Source: Escherichia phage vB_EcoM_ESCO32. From it: a stretch of DNA of 64,000 nucleotides. The DNA is taken from the sequence record OM386658.1; one strand, 5' to 3'. Shown here piece by piece: positions 44,222 through 52,964 of this stretch. The notes under the pieces are model-generated. The model did not search any database and was not told where the DNA came from. It worked only from the letters and a program-made list of their open reading frames with translations. A program made the translations under genes and the position numbers. Every line of letters starts with the position of its first letter. Within the stretch, counting starts at the first letter, position 1.

Positions 44222-44332
44222 AAATGAGAAAATTCTCATTTGCTAATGATTCTCATTCTCTTACTGAGAATGATTATCACTTACATAGTTAAATGATAAT
44301 GATTCTCATTTACAAATGAGAATCATTATCAT
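44222..44332. promoter_or_regulatory. cluster of five Fur-box-like palindromes
   Basis: AAATGAGAAAATTCTCATTT; TAATGATTCTCATT; GAGAATGATTATCACTT; GATAATGATTCTCATTTAC (15 of 19 to Fur consensus); AATGAGAATCATTATCAT. Confidence 0.45.
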
Positions 44333-44354
44333 ACGCACACCTATAAAAACACGA

Positions 44355-44557
44355 AATTGAACTTTTCATTTTTGATTTTTCTACGGAAAAAGGCAAAAAA
44401 ACTTTAAATAAACTGGGGAATTTTTAAAAAATTGAAGTTTTCATTTTCTAAACCTGGATAGAAATACGTACAAAAACTTTAAATAATTTTGACCAAACTT
44501 GAACTTTTCATTTTCTAAATTTGTACCCAAAAATCTGTAAAAACTTTAAATAATTTT
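44355..44557. repeat. three tandem direct repeats of a 66-76 bp unit
   Basis: Each unit has TTGAA(C/G)TTTTCATTTT and AAAAACTTTAAATAA boxes separated by about 22 variable nt; approx. Confidence 0.55.
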
Positions 44558-44772
44558 GTCCTTTTTATAAAAATGATTTTACTGTTCTGTTATAAATAGT
44601 AGCTAAGAGATAATGTGTCTTTTAAAAACCAAATAGCATAGTCCAACAAACAAATTAAATAATTTATTAACAGAGTACAAAATAATACTTACTCTGGATA
44701 TATTATTCAGAGGGTGAATTTCCGTACATGAAACCCACACCCCTTTTTATAAAAATAAAAATTTTCAAAATA

Positions 44773-45324
44773 TCAGGAAATATCAGATTGTGCTTTTAGA
44801 TAAACAGCAAGGTCTGTATGCCATTTTCCTAAAAGATTTTGTCCTTTCCAACAGTCCTTATTTTCCACATCACGATCCCACATCCCCATTTTGATACCAT
44901 AAATAGAATCATAAGGGCTTGCCTCTACGAACTCCTTATCGGCGTAAGCAATAAGTTTATTTTTGAGATCTTCATTTTGTGTGTATTTAAGATACAAACC
45001 ACGCTTGACAATCTTCTCTCGTAAAGAAGTCCAGGTATCTTCATCATAATCTTTAACTAATCTGCCTAGTCGCTTATAATATGCTTGTTCTTTTTCTCCT
45101 GTATATCTTAGACCTCCGGTTAAAATAGAAGATGCAATGTTGTAATCATAAAATAAACATGCTTTTCTCCACATCATATATTGTTCCACACAAGTAAATT
45201 CAACAGAACTTGTAATAGAATTATTATACTTGGGAGCTAAAGGTTCAATAAAAGATGATAGATACCAGTTGCTAAATTCATCTTTTGCCGAGAAGAAGAA
45301 CACATACTTATCAGTAATCCGCAT
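44773..45324 (-). CDS. NADAR-domain protein (YbiA/DUF1768-like)
   Basis: 183 aa; FSNWY...VEQYMMWRKACLF...GQNLLGKWHTDL resemble YbiA/NADAR motifs FSNF...SEHYFQAQKF...N.LG; AAGGAGG SD. Confidence 0.55.
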   Translation of the reverse strand: MRITDKYVFFFSAKDEFSNWYLSSFIEPLAPKYNNSITSSVEFTCVEQYMMWRKACLFYDYNIASSILTGGLRYTGEKEQAYYKRLGRLVKDYDEDTWTSLREKIVKRGLYLKYTQNEDLKNKLIAYADKEFVEASPYDSIYGIKMGMWDRDVENKDCWKGQNLLGKWHTDLAVYLKAQSDIS

Positions 45325-46503
45325 TTACACCTCCTTACTGTATACTAACTTGCCACCATGTTGTGTAATAATTTTTTGAAGATTTTCCAAATCAGAAGCA
45401 CTTACTGTTTCTGTATGACCATCTTTCAACTCTCTTGCTGTTAAAATACCAGTTTTTAGTTTTTTCTTTATAGCTCTTTCAGCAGCCTTACACTGTTTCA
45501 CTGTACTAAAATCATATAAACAAATACGCTCCATAAAAAACATATTATGCCTATTTTGATTGTTTAATCGCCTGTCACTATCTTTAGCTATGCCAAACTT
45601 AAGAGCAACTATAATATCATTATCTTTAACAATATTAATATATAATTGCTGTTGACTATGACCTGCACATTGTGGACAACCTTGACCGTGGCTTAATAAG
45701 TTATTAACACGCCCTATCTGCTCCCCATGCACAAGACAAAGATATTTAAACTTACCTGTAGAAGATGGTTTGGTAATCCAATCTACCCAGACATACCCTT
45801 TCCCTTCTACTTCCTTTTTTACCCTATAGGTGATCTGGTCTTCTGTATACTGATAGTTCCCACAACGACACGGAATGTACCCTTGTTTAAGGCGATTTCC
45901 TTTAGAGTAAAATTTACCATCACAAACACCTGCTTGAACATATTCATCATGAGAGCAAACAGGACATTCAACCATCCAGGTAATATGCCTACATCCTTTA
46001 CCCCGTGTTCCTGTGTTAGTGAAGATAGTGCCTTCCTTAAATTTCCCTGTAGAAAAGAAACCTGCAATATGTTGATCGTCGGACATTGTTTGTTTCTCCC
46101 TCCTACATTGTGGACAACCTCGACCGACTTTAAATTGATCAATTGCTGTACTTTGCCATCTATTCCCACAATGGCACAACAAATCAAGTTTTGTGTAACA
46201 CCCTTTCCATTCTCCAACGTACCCTAATACTTGATACTCCTTCTTCTGTGCTATCTCTTCCAAGATCGGTAATTCTGCTTCCCATGTTAACGGCTTATTC
46301 CTTGCACATGTCGGACAACCACGTCCATTCTTAAAATCATTAATGCTCGTGGTGTTCCATTCTCCATGATCAGAGCAAGATAGCTTAAGTTTAGTCTTGT
46401 TCCCTTTCCATTCTCCCGTCCATCCTAAGATTTGGATTTGCTTACTCTCTGCTATTGGTTGACACTCTTCTTTATATTGTTCCCATGATTTTGGTGCTAC
46501 CAT
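45325..46503 (-). CDS. putative nuclease: triplicated Zn-ribbon repeats plus C-terminal GIY-YIG-like (T5orf172-type) domain
   Basis: 392 aa; three repeats of G(W/Y)xGEWKG..TKLxLxC...GRGCPxC; C-terminal LYINIVKDNDIIVALKFGIAKDSDRRL resembles the T5orf172 pattern. Confidence 0.5.
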   Translation of the reverse strand: MVAPKSWEQYKEECQPIAESKQIQILGWTGEWKGNKTKLKLSCSDHGEWNTTSINDFKNGRGCPTCARNKPLTWEAELPILEEIAQKKEYQVLGYVGEWKGCYTKLDLLCHCGNRWQSTAIDQFKVGRGCPQCRREKQTMSDDQHIAGFFSTGKFKEGTIFTNTGTRGKGCRHITWMVECPVCSHDEYVQAGVCDGKFYSKGNRLKQGYIPCRCGNYQYTEDQITYRVKKEVEGKGYVWVDWITKPSSTGKFKYLCLVHGEQIGRVNNLLSHGQGCPQCAGHSQQQLYINIVKDNDIIVALKFGIAKDSDRRLNNQNRHNMFFMERICLYDFSTVKQCKAAERAIKKKLKTGILTARELKDGHTETVSASDLENLQKIITQHGGKLVYSKEV

Positions 46504-46540
46504 CTACTACTCCTTTTATTAAATCTGGCATCAATACAAG

Positions 46541-46566
46541 AAAACCCGCCGGAGCGGGTTTTTATT
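46541..46566. terminator. bidirectional rho-independent terminator
   Basis: AACCCGC-cgga-GCGGGTT hairpin flanked by A and T runs, downstream of gene 46578..47705. Confidence 0.6.
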
Positions 46567-46577
46567 TGCTGGCTTAC

Positions 46578-47705
46578 TTAAAACACGCTTGCCAAAGTTG
46601 CACCATTGGTGATAGTTGGTTCCAGAACAATACGGAAAGAATCTTCTGGATCATCACTAAACACAACGATTTTACCACCTGTAATAAGATCTGCTTTCAT
46701 TTTTGTCGCATTCAATGGAATTCGAGCATCGCCTTCATCATCAAAAACCACGTAAGAGCTATTAGCAAGGGCTTCTTTAGAGTCTGCATCACTTGGAGAT
46801 GACAAGTACACGTCTAGTGTGCACGAGCCACCTAAAAAGATTGCAGGTGTAAAGTTATGCCAACTAGATACCCAGCTAACTTTCTGAAGTTTTCCATTAA
46901 TAACAACGCTACTGATATCCCATTTATTACCCCCACCCAAAGAAACGCCCATCATAGAGATACATTCTTTAAAGGATAAATCAGGGTAGAAATTAAGTTC
47001 TTCTACTATACCTTGGATCACATCAAAGGACAACTCTAAACTTACATCCCAAAGTCTTTGGAAATTATCAAAGTGTGCTTTGTTATCCAGGTTTTTATCT
47101 AAATAGTCAATCATAGTTTCTAGTGAGATTTTATCATAATTAAAATTATAAAACACACGACTAGGACGATTTAAAAAGAATTCAGAGATAAAACCACTGT
47201 TTTTAGTCAGAATAAACAGTTTATTACCACTGCCAGTACCATCTAACAAAGTGAGAAGTGCTTCTTGATCTTGTTTCTTCTCATACACTTTATCAAACTC
47301 GTCAAAAATAATCACTGCTTTGTCGGTGATCTTGCTAATAAGTTCAATGAAATTAGCATCACTGTAGGCTTGAGTAACCATAATAGTAGGAATACCTTCT
47401 TCTACAAGGTCACGACTAATGAGTTTGGCTAACATAGTTTTACCACTACCCTTAGTTCCTGTCAGAAGCAATCCTGTATTTTTACCTTGTGCACTCCGGC
47501 GATGGAATGTACGGATAACGTGATTTGCTCGTTTTTCTGTTTCACCATACAGAACATCCGGTACACCTGTCAGATTACCACGGCTTAAAAAATAATTGCC
47601 AAGGGGATCACGACTAACAGTATAGAATCCAGGTGGAAGATAGTTAGATTCCACGCCCATATCTTTATTTACACTTACAATATCACCATAAATCGTGTAT
47701 TTCAT
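46578..47705 (-). CDS. P-loop (AAA-like) ATPase, paralogue of 62467..63627
   Basis: 375 aa; Walker A GTKGSGKT, Walker B IIFDEFD; collinear similarity to the 62467..63627 product. Confidence 0.65.
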   Translation of the reverse strand: MKYTIYGDIVSVNKDMGVESNYLPPGFYTVSRDPLGNYFLSRGNLTGVPDVLYGETEKRANHVIRTFHRRSAQGKNTGLLLTGTKGSGKTMLAKLISRDLVEEGIPTIMVTQAYSDANFIELISKITDKAVIIFDEFDKVYEKKQDQEALLTLLDGTGSGNKLFILTKNSGFISEFFLNRPSRVFYNFNYDKISLETMIDYLDKNLDNKAHFDNFQRLWDVSLELSFDVIQGIVEELNFYPDLSFKECISMMGVSLGGGNKWDISSVVINGKLQKVSWVSSWHNFTPAIFLGGSCTLDVYLSSPSDADSKEALANSSYVVFDDEGDARIPLNATKMKADLITGGKIVVFSDDPEDSFRIVLEPTITNGATLASVF

Positions 47706-47716
47706 TTTAACCCCTT

Positions 47717-48154
47717 TTATTTTTGTTGAGATGAACGAATTAAATCAGCAGCAAATTCAATCAGATACACTTTTGGTGCAATAATGATTTTTAGCCAATC
47801 AAAATTCGAAAAGAAAATAACAAATCCTAAAAAGAAAAAGAAAGCACAGACAACAAGGCCAACAATAGGTAAAGCAGATACTTCACCATAGCGATCTCGT
47901 GACCACAGGCATTCTTTATCTTTAATTGCTTTTACGAGGTTCCGCACAGCAATAAAAGTAATAAACATAAAGCAAATACTAAAAAGTTGCCATAAACCTG
48001 CGGATACTGCTTTCCACACTAATAGTTGATGGATTACTTCTGGAATTTGTTGTTTTCCAAACTCTACAACATCACTCATTGTTTGAATAGTGACGTTAAC
48101 CATGTTCAGAAGTACATCCGTTGCTTTATCTGCGATTGCGTTTGTTTTACTCAT
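47717..48154 (-). CDS. membrane protein (multiple TM helices)
   Basis: Track ORF; hydrophobic segments. Confidence 0.55.
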   Translation of the reverse strand: MSKTNAIADKATDVLLNMVNVTIQTMSDVVEFGKQQIPEVIHQLLVWKAVSAGLWQLFSICFMFITFIAVRNLVKAIKDKECLWSRDRYGEVSALPIVGLVVCAFFFFLGFVIFFSNFDWLKIIIAPKVYLIEFAADLIRSSQQK

Positions 48155-48168
48155 TCTTTATTCCTCAC

Positions 48169-48342
48169 TTACCTTTTAAGGAAACCAATCATAATGAAGA
48201 ACCACATCCAGGCAGGAGAGATAATAAAGCCAAAGAAACCGCAAATAACCGCTTTCTTAATCTCTTCCAGACAACCCACCAGGAAAAGAACGAGTGAGAC
48301 TACAATCCAAATAGCCATAAATACTGTAACAAAGAAACTCAT
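48169..48342 (-). CDS. small membrane protein, 57 aa
   Basis: ORF below threshold; GGAGAAAGG SD; two hydrophobic segments. Confidence 0.4.
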   Translation of the reverse strand: MSFFVTVFMAIWIVVSLVLFLVGCLEEIKKAVICGFFGFIISPAWMWFFIMIGFLKR

Positions 48343-48362
48343 ACCTTTCTCCCGTCTGTATT

Positions 48363-48614
48363 TTAAAATTCAACCACCACTTTATCGAGGTGCTCTGCTT
48401 CAACTTGATCTAATGTTAACACCTCAACTAAACCCTTGTCAATACCTAATTTAATAACATCAACATATTGTCCAAACAGATCCTGGATAGATATCTTGTG
48501 TTCGACAACAACAACCACTTCATTCCCTTTTGTGAATTCTCTCCATACACGTCCACATTTGAAAATAAAGTCTGCTTCATCTGCTGTTATCATTTTAGGT
48601 TTGATACTTAACAT
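48363..48614 (-). CDS. hypothetical protein
   Basis: Track ORF. Confidence 0.55.
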   Translation of the reverse strand: MLSIKPKMITADEADFIFKCGRVWREFTKGNEVVVVVEHKISIQDLFGQYVDVIKLGIDKGLVEVLTLDQVEAEHLDKVVVEF

Positions 48615-48952
48615 TATAAAACTCCGTACTCTGGTTCAATATTATGCTTACGACAAATGGCATCCCAACGCTCATTACCAAAACTTCTTCCATGTAGTGC
48701 ATCGTATGCGAAATGTTCTGCCAACCACATTACTACACCATCTGGTTCAGTGTCAAGCGGAATTCGAAACTCTCGATCATAACGCATACGGAGAACAAAC
48801 TCATTACCGTCTTCCAGCAGGTGCATATGACTTTTAGCTCGTGATGCCAAATCGAAGAAAGGAGGTTCATCGTTCCAAACGTGACGCTCAACTTCAACAC
48901 CATGATCAACTACCAAAGTGGCAATTACTTCTCTCATTTCTTTACTAAACAT
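48614..48952 (-). CDS. hypothetical protein
   Basis: Track ORF; AGGAGGG SD. Confidence 0.55.
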   Translation of the reverse strand: MFSKEMREVIATLVVDHGVEVERHVWNDEPPFFDLASRAKSHMHLLEDGNEFVLRMRYDREFRIPLDTEPDGVVMWLAEHFAYDALHGRSFGNERWDAICRKHNIEPEYGVL

Positions 48953-49050
48953 ATTAAAGCCCTCCTAATTTAATAGTCCACTCAACACCTGTTAGATAAC
49001 TTCTTTACACAAGTATACTAAGAACATATAAGTGATTTTACCAGATATGT

Positions 49051-49404
49051 TTAGCTCCACAAATTATGGAAATACTTAGCAAACAAAATACGACCTTCTA
49101 AACGCTTTTGCCGTTGTTTTTCATTAACTTCTTCAGGTGGAGTTGAATCCTTAAAAGAGGACTCCATTTTTTCAAGAATTTCTAACCAGTGTTCTGCTGC
49201 TCGTTCTTCCATATAAGGTAGATAGTCACCTTTAGCGTGTGGGTACATCCGACGAAGTAACCCGCTAGGAATTTTAACATTGTTTGTGGCTATCACTTTT
49301 GCACGATATGCAGAAAGTGCGTTGTAGATCAGTTTACTTAGTGTCACATCCAGATCAAGAAGATCACTCTCTTCAAATTGAATTTTATCGTGTACAATTT
49401 TCAT
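49051..49404 (-). CDS. hypothetical protein
   Basis: Track ORF; AAGGAG SD. Confidence 0.55.
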   Translation of the reverse strand: MKIVHDKIQFEESDLLDLDVTLSKLIYNALSAYRAKVIATNNVKIPSGLLRRMYPHAKGDYLPYMEERAAEHWLEILEKMESSFKDSTPPEEVNEKQRQKRLEGRILFAKYFHNLWS

Positions 49405-49415
49405 ATCACTCTCCT

Positions 49416-49706
49416 TTATAGTAAAACACGTTTTGCACTGCTTGGTGCATTGTCGAACATGTTTATCACTTTGTCAAGTTTGTGTATTAACTCGTTCGTA
49501 ATGTTCCACTCTTTGTATGATCTCCATTGTTTCTTATTCTCACCTACCTGGTGTAAAACTTTGATTGGTGCATTCAAACGTACATTGCGTTCTTTGTCCT
49601 CTTCAAAAGAGGCTAACCATTTTTCGTTATGCCCATGAACAGCAATAATAATGCCAAAACCATCAAAAGTTTCTGTAATATTCTTAGTTGCTAGTGTGAT
49701 GTTCAT
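49416..49706 (-). CDS. hypothetical protein
   Basis: Track ORF; AGAGG SD. Confidence 0.55.
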   Translation of the reverse strand: MNITLATKNITETFDGFGIIIAVHGHNEKWLASFEEDKERNVRLNAPIKVLHQVGENKKQWRSYKEWNITNELIHKLDKVINMFDNAPSSAKRVLL

Positions 49707-49765
49707 ATCTAACCTCTTTTGTTACGATACCCACAGAGTACCAGAAACTAATTTCAAATCAAGTA

Positions 49766-49793
49766 TTGACATACATTTTTATTTTGTTAAGAT
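49766..49793 (+). promoter_or_regulatory. sigma70-like promoter at strand switch
   Basis: TTGACA - 16 nt - TAAGAT, about 30 nt before gene 49825. Confidence 0.45.
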
Positions 49794-49824
49794 TAGCGCA
49801 TACCAAATGAAAGGAGAAAAACAA

Positions 49825-50004
49825 ATGCAAAACATCGAACTAACTTCTATCGAAGCTAAAGAAGCAATGAAGGAAGATAGACGTGTTGAACATAACCGTT
49901 TTTGCGGTGGTGAGTGGTTTGAGATGGAATTCAGATCGGAAGTTTGGCAAGGGAGTGATGGGGCTGTAATCAAAAAGGAAAGAAGAAATGATCTACAAAA
50001 ATAA
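49825..50004 (+). CDS. hypothetical protein, 59 aa
   Basis: Track ORF 49651..50004 trimmed to ATG after AAAGGAG. Confidence 0.5.
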   Translation: MQNIELTSIEAKEAMKEDRRVEHNRFCGGEWFEMEFRSEVWQGSDGAVIKKERRNDLQK

Positions 50005-50140
50005 GTTCACTGGCTGTCTGCGTAAATTTATTGACAAAAAAGGGTATGTTTCTGTTGACAATGGTGTTACGTGGGTGCAAAATGGCACTTCAGAACAACT
50101 GGTCAAGGCTTTACCTTACTACGAGGAGTTTACAAAATGA
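49988..50140 (+). CDS. small protein, 50 aa
   Basis: ORF below threshold; AAAGGAAAG SD; ATGA overlap with next gene. Confidence 0.35.
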   Translation: MIYKNKFTGCLRKFIDKKGYVSVDNGVTWVQNGTSEQLVKALPYYEEFTK

Positions 50141-50337
50141 CAGAATGGGTAAAAGTAGAAGATCCATACGATATCCCACTAGGTGAGTATGTGGTGGTAA
50201 TGGAAGATGGTGAAAAAGGGTATTGTGAAGTGCATAAAAGTATGTCTGGTAAGATTATTGTGGTGAACCATCATTTTCACTTTGATTACCCTCCTATTGT
50301 GGCATATATGCCTTTACCTAAATATGAAGGGGATTAA
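50137..50337 (+). CDS. hypothetical protein
   Basis: Track ORF 50071..50337 trimmed to ATG 50137 after GAGGAG. Confidence 0.5.
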   Translation: MTEWVKVEDPYDIPLGEYVVVMEDGEKGYCEVHKSMSGKIIVVNHHFHFDYPPIVAYMPLPKYEGD

Positions 50338-50484
50338 ATGTTATTCTTTAAACTTAATATTGCTTTTTGTTTGTTTGCAAACATTGCATTCTGGGTACTA
50401 GGTAGTGTAAAATTAGGCTACTTCTTTACTGTACTACAAGCTATTTGTTTAGCTGGTCAAATAATCACTAAGGGGCGAGTATGA
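50338..50484 (+). CDS. small membrane peptide, 48 aa
   Basis: ORF below threshold; hydrophobic; ATGA overlap with next gene. Confidence 0.3.
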   Translation: MLFFKLNIAFCLFANIAFWVLGSVKLGYFFTVLQAICLAGQIITKGRV

Positions 50485-50909
50485 CACAACAAATTCAAGA
50501 CAAATTTAATGAACTCTATCCAGCAAGTGAAAGCGGCACTCATAACGTGCGTAAATCGCTCTATAACGTCTTTAAAGCAGGATGGGAGGCTTGCCTTCAG
50601 GCTCAAGAAAAACCAGCGTCAGAGACGCGTAACGGCTTTTATATCCCGATTGTTGAAAGTGAGGAAGGATGGGGTAGCAAACATGATGGTTATATGGTAG
50701 GATTCACCATAGAAGATCTTGAAGAACGCCGTAAAGTCTTTGAGGCAGCTAATACAGAAAAGTATGGCTACTATTATGAACGACCTGTTCGTTACATTCC
50801 TGTTGTGCTTAGTCCTAAAGCTGTTGAAACAATGTCTGCAACAGAAAAAGAAAGGACGCGCCATTGTGTATGGTTTGATGATATTGACGACTTTCGATTT
50901 GGAGAATAA
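50481..50909 (+). CDS. hypothetical protein
   Basis: Track ORF. Confidence 0.55.
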   Translation: MTQQIQDKFNELYPASESGTHNVRKSLYNVFKAGWEACLQAQEKPASETRNGFYIPIVESEEGWGSKHDGYMVGFTIEDLEERRKVFEAANTEKYGYYYERPVRYIPVVLSPKAVETMSATEKERTRHCVWFDDIDDFRFGE

Positions 50910-50912
50910 TTT

Positions 50913-51185
50913 ATGAAAAATAAACACCCTTACTATCAACTATTGCATGTACTGCGCCGATTGCGCAATAAGCAGATTGAAGATTTCCGTCACTTCAAGC
51001 GTGATCGTGTGAATCGTCAATGGATGGATCATCGTTTCTTCTCTTTAACTGTACGTAAGTTCCGTGAAGAGATTAAGAAGACAGACCAGGTAATTGCAGG
51101 TGCTAAACGTGCAATCTCTATGTCAAAAATCACAGGTGTAAATCATATGTACGACTTCAAAACAGACTCTGTTGTACCTATGTAA
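50913..51185 (+). CDS. hypothetical basic protein
   Basis: Track ORF. Confidence 0.55.
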   Translation: MKNKHPYYQLLHVLRRLRNKQIEDFRHFKRDRVNRQWMDHRFFSLTVRKFREEIKKTDQVIAGAKRAISMSKITGVNHMYDFKTDSVVPM

Positions 51186-51213
51186 AGTATTTTGTAAAGT
51201 TTTGTGGAGAGTA

Positions 51214-51280
51214 TTGACTTTTTCAGAAAAACATGCTACCCTAAACCTGAAAGGTGACGAGCGAAGCGAGTTAGTATTCT
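51214..51280 (+). repeat. conserved intergenic element, copy B (promoter-like)
   Basis: TTGACT - 17 nt - TGcTACCCT with the same 18-nt core AAAAACATGCTACCCTAA and GAGCGAAGCGAGTTAG as copy A; followed by hairpin GTTCCTG...CAGGAAC and gene 51349. Confidence 0.5.
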
Positions 51281-51348
51281 CTATAGATATTGTTCCTGTC
51301 ACTCATGGAGGGGCAGGAACAGAGTATATTACTGTATAGGAGAATGCT

Positions 51349-51555
51349 ATGGATATTACTACACTAAAGTTTATACTTCTCTTCTTACTTATAGTTATAG
51401 GATTAATTGTTATACCCTATCTATATGTCTACATGTTATCTCGTAAGTATGGTTATGAGCGTATACCATTTTACTATTTAATACCTGTCTTAGTTATCTA
51501 TCTATTTCTCTTTTGTAGATATTGTCCTGAACTAGTCCTGAACATTGGAAGTTAG
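51349..51555 (+). CDS. small membrane protein
   Basis: Track ORF; AGGAGAA SD; two hydrophobic helices. Confidence 0.55.
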   Translation: MDITTLKFILLFLLIVIGLIVIPYLYVYMLSRKYGYERIPFYYLIPVLVIYLFLFCRYCPELVLNIGS

Positions 51556-51674
51556 AACCTGTTGAAGTTTACCATCGTGTATGGAAGACAAAATACAGAT
51601 CTAACAGTAATTAGTTATTGACTCTATCTACTAAATAATCTAGACTCTATGTAAAGTTTACTAAGGAGATTACT

Positions 51675-51839
51675 ATGCAAAACATTTCTATCACTAAAAC
51701 AAAAAGATCTGTACCTAAACTTACTCACTCTACCTACCCTGTTATCATCCGAAAAGGAAAAGAATGGATTAAAGATGATCATGGTGGTTATGTAGAAGTG
51801 TCAAAGCTGAAAGAAGCAGAAGTTAACTTTGTACGCTAA
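51675..51839 (+). CDS. small protein, 54 aa
   Basis: ORF below threshold; AAGGAG SD; N-terminus MQNI like gene 49825. Confidence 0.4.
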   Translation: MQNISITKTKRSVPKLTHSTYPVIIRKGKEWIKDDHGGYVEVSKLKEAEVNFVR

Positions 51840-51849
51840 GGAGTAGATT

Positions 51850-52131
51850 ATGACTGAAGAGTTTAAGCAATGGTTTGATAAAAACTTTCTACCCCATCTG
51901 TGGCCTAATGAAGAAGAACGTCAAGAGATGATGATCTACACTTGGCTTGCCTGGCGGGATGGCATCCGTAGCAAAGAAGCACAGGAAGAGGAACCTATTG
52001 CTTACATCTTTAAACATCCGGCAGGTAAGTTGTTTTGGGCTTTAACAGACGAAAGTAATAAAGATCACCATGATGTTATTCCTGTGTATGCCAAGAACAA
52101 TGTGAAGGATCAATCAGATGACAATGTATAG
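51850..52131 (+). CDS. hypothetical protein
   Basis: Track ORF; AAGGAG SD. Confidence 0.55.
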   Translation: MTEEFKQWFDKNFLPHLWPNEEERQEMMIYTWLAWRDGIRSKEAQEEEPIAYIFKHPAGKLFWALTDESNKDHHDVIPVYAKNNVKDQSDDNV

Positions 52132-52600
52132 CATATGGGGTAGAATGGGTGAAGACCATGACTACTATTGCTTGAAAAGTAACGTTGAACAGGCAGATGT
52201 TGATCAAATTATAAAGCACTACCTGAAAACATGGCGTGAGGTGGAGTTTAGAGAGTTCGCTATCCTCCATAGTCAAGAAGGAGAAAAGGAGATAGACATG
52301 AGTACACTAACTAAAGCAGTACAAACGCATAAGGAATACGAGGAAGCAGTTAAAGACGAAGTGAACCCTACTTCACTGACGTTCGAAAACCTTACTCCTT
52401 TATTTTGGTCATATGATGGTAATGAAATTTTTACACATGATACACCAGAGGCTGTTAAAAATTGGGAAGGCTGTTGTAATTCCTATGAGGTATTATATGT
52501 CGTAGAAGAAGATGATACGTACATTATGTTCCGCATAGATAACGGTTGTGGTGATCAGTGGGATATTGTTCTTTCTAAACATTTGCAATTGGGTGGTTAA
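52118..52600 (+). CDS. hypothetical protein
   Basis: Track ORF. Confidence 0.55.
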   Translation: MTMYSIWGRMGEDHDYYCLKSNVEQADVDQIIKHYLKTWREVEFREFAILHSQEGEKEIDMSTLTKAVQTHKEYEEAVKDEVNPTSLTFENLTPLFWSYDGNEIFTHDTPEAVKNWEGCCNSYEVLYVVEEDDTYIMFRIDNGCGDQWDIVLSKHLQLGG

Positions 52601-52601
52601 A

Positions 52602-52964
52602 ATGCTAAAGTACCTGATGATCACTTGGTTATGTTTACTTTCATTTGCGGGACATGCAACAGAGGGTTTTAAACTTGGTGCTGACGGTACTAAATTCTTT
52701 ACATATTGGGGTGGGAAAGCCTTATACCAAGAAGAAAAGAATAGCATAGAGTGTACGGTTAGTAAGAAGATTAAATCAGTAGATCAATATGGGGATGCCT
52801 ATACTGGTGTAGGTTTTAACTGTGGAAAAGATTTATTTCTATTTGTTAAGAAGTATTTAGATGTTAACCTTGTATTGCTTATTGTTGTAGATCCTGCTAA
52901 GTTTGAAGAGCGTAAAGCATATCGTGCAGATATGTTCCTAGAATATGATGATAAGGAGAAATAA
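52602..52964 (+). CDS. predicted secreted protein (signal peptide)
   Basis: Track ORF 52548..52964 trimmed to ATG 52602; MLKYLMITWLCLLSFAGHA-TEG signal-peptide-like N-terminus. Confidence 0.5.
   Translation: MLKYLMITWLCLLSFAGHATEGFKLGADGTKFFTYWGGKALYQEEKNSIECTVSKKIKSVDQYGDAYTGVGFNCGKDLFLFVKKYLDVNLVLLIVVDPAKFEERKAYRADMFLEYDDKEK

Larger units (their letters stand above)
43960..44772. other. ORF-free non-coding island (about 0.8 kb) between convergent genes
   Basis: No track ORF on either strand; holds a consensus promoter, GC-rich structured segment, palindrome cluster and tandem direct repeats. Confidence 0.7.

Noticed and set aside
44569-44576. T4 late promoter core TATAAATA
   Set aside because: Single exact match, in a non-coding island with no downstream plus-strand gene; insufficient to call a late promoter.
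45727-46334. Plus-strand ORFs overlapping the Zn-ribbon nuclease gene
   Set aside because: Antisense to a long SD-led minus-strand ORF with internal repeat structure; no SD.
48026-48454. Plus-strand ORF (142 aa) over the membrane-protein genes
   Set aside because: Antisense to two SD-led minus-strand membrane protein genes.
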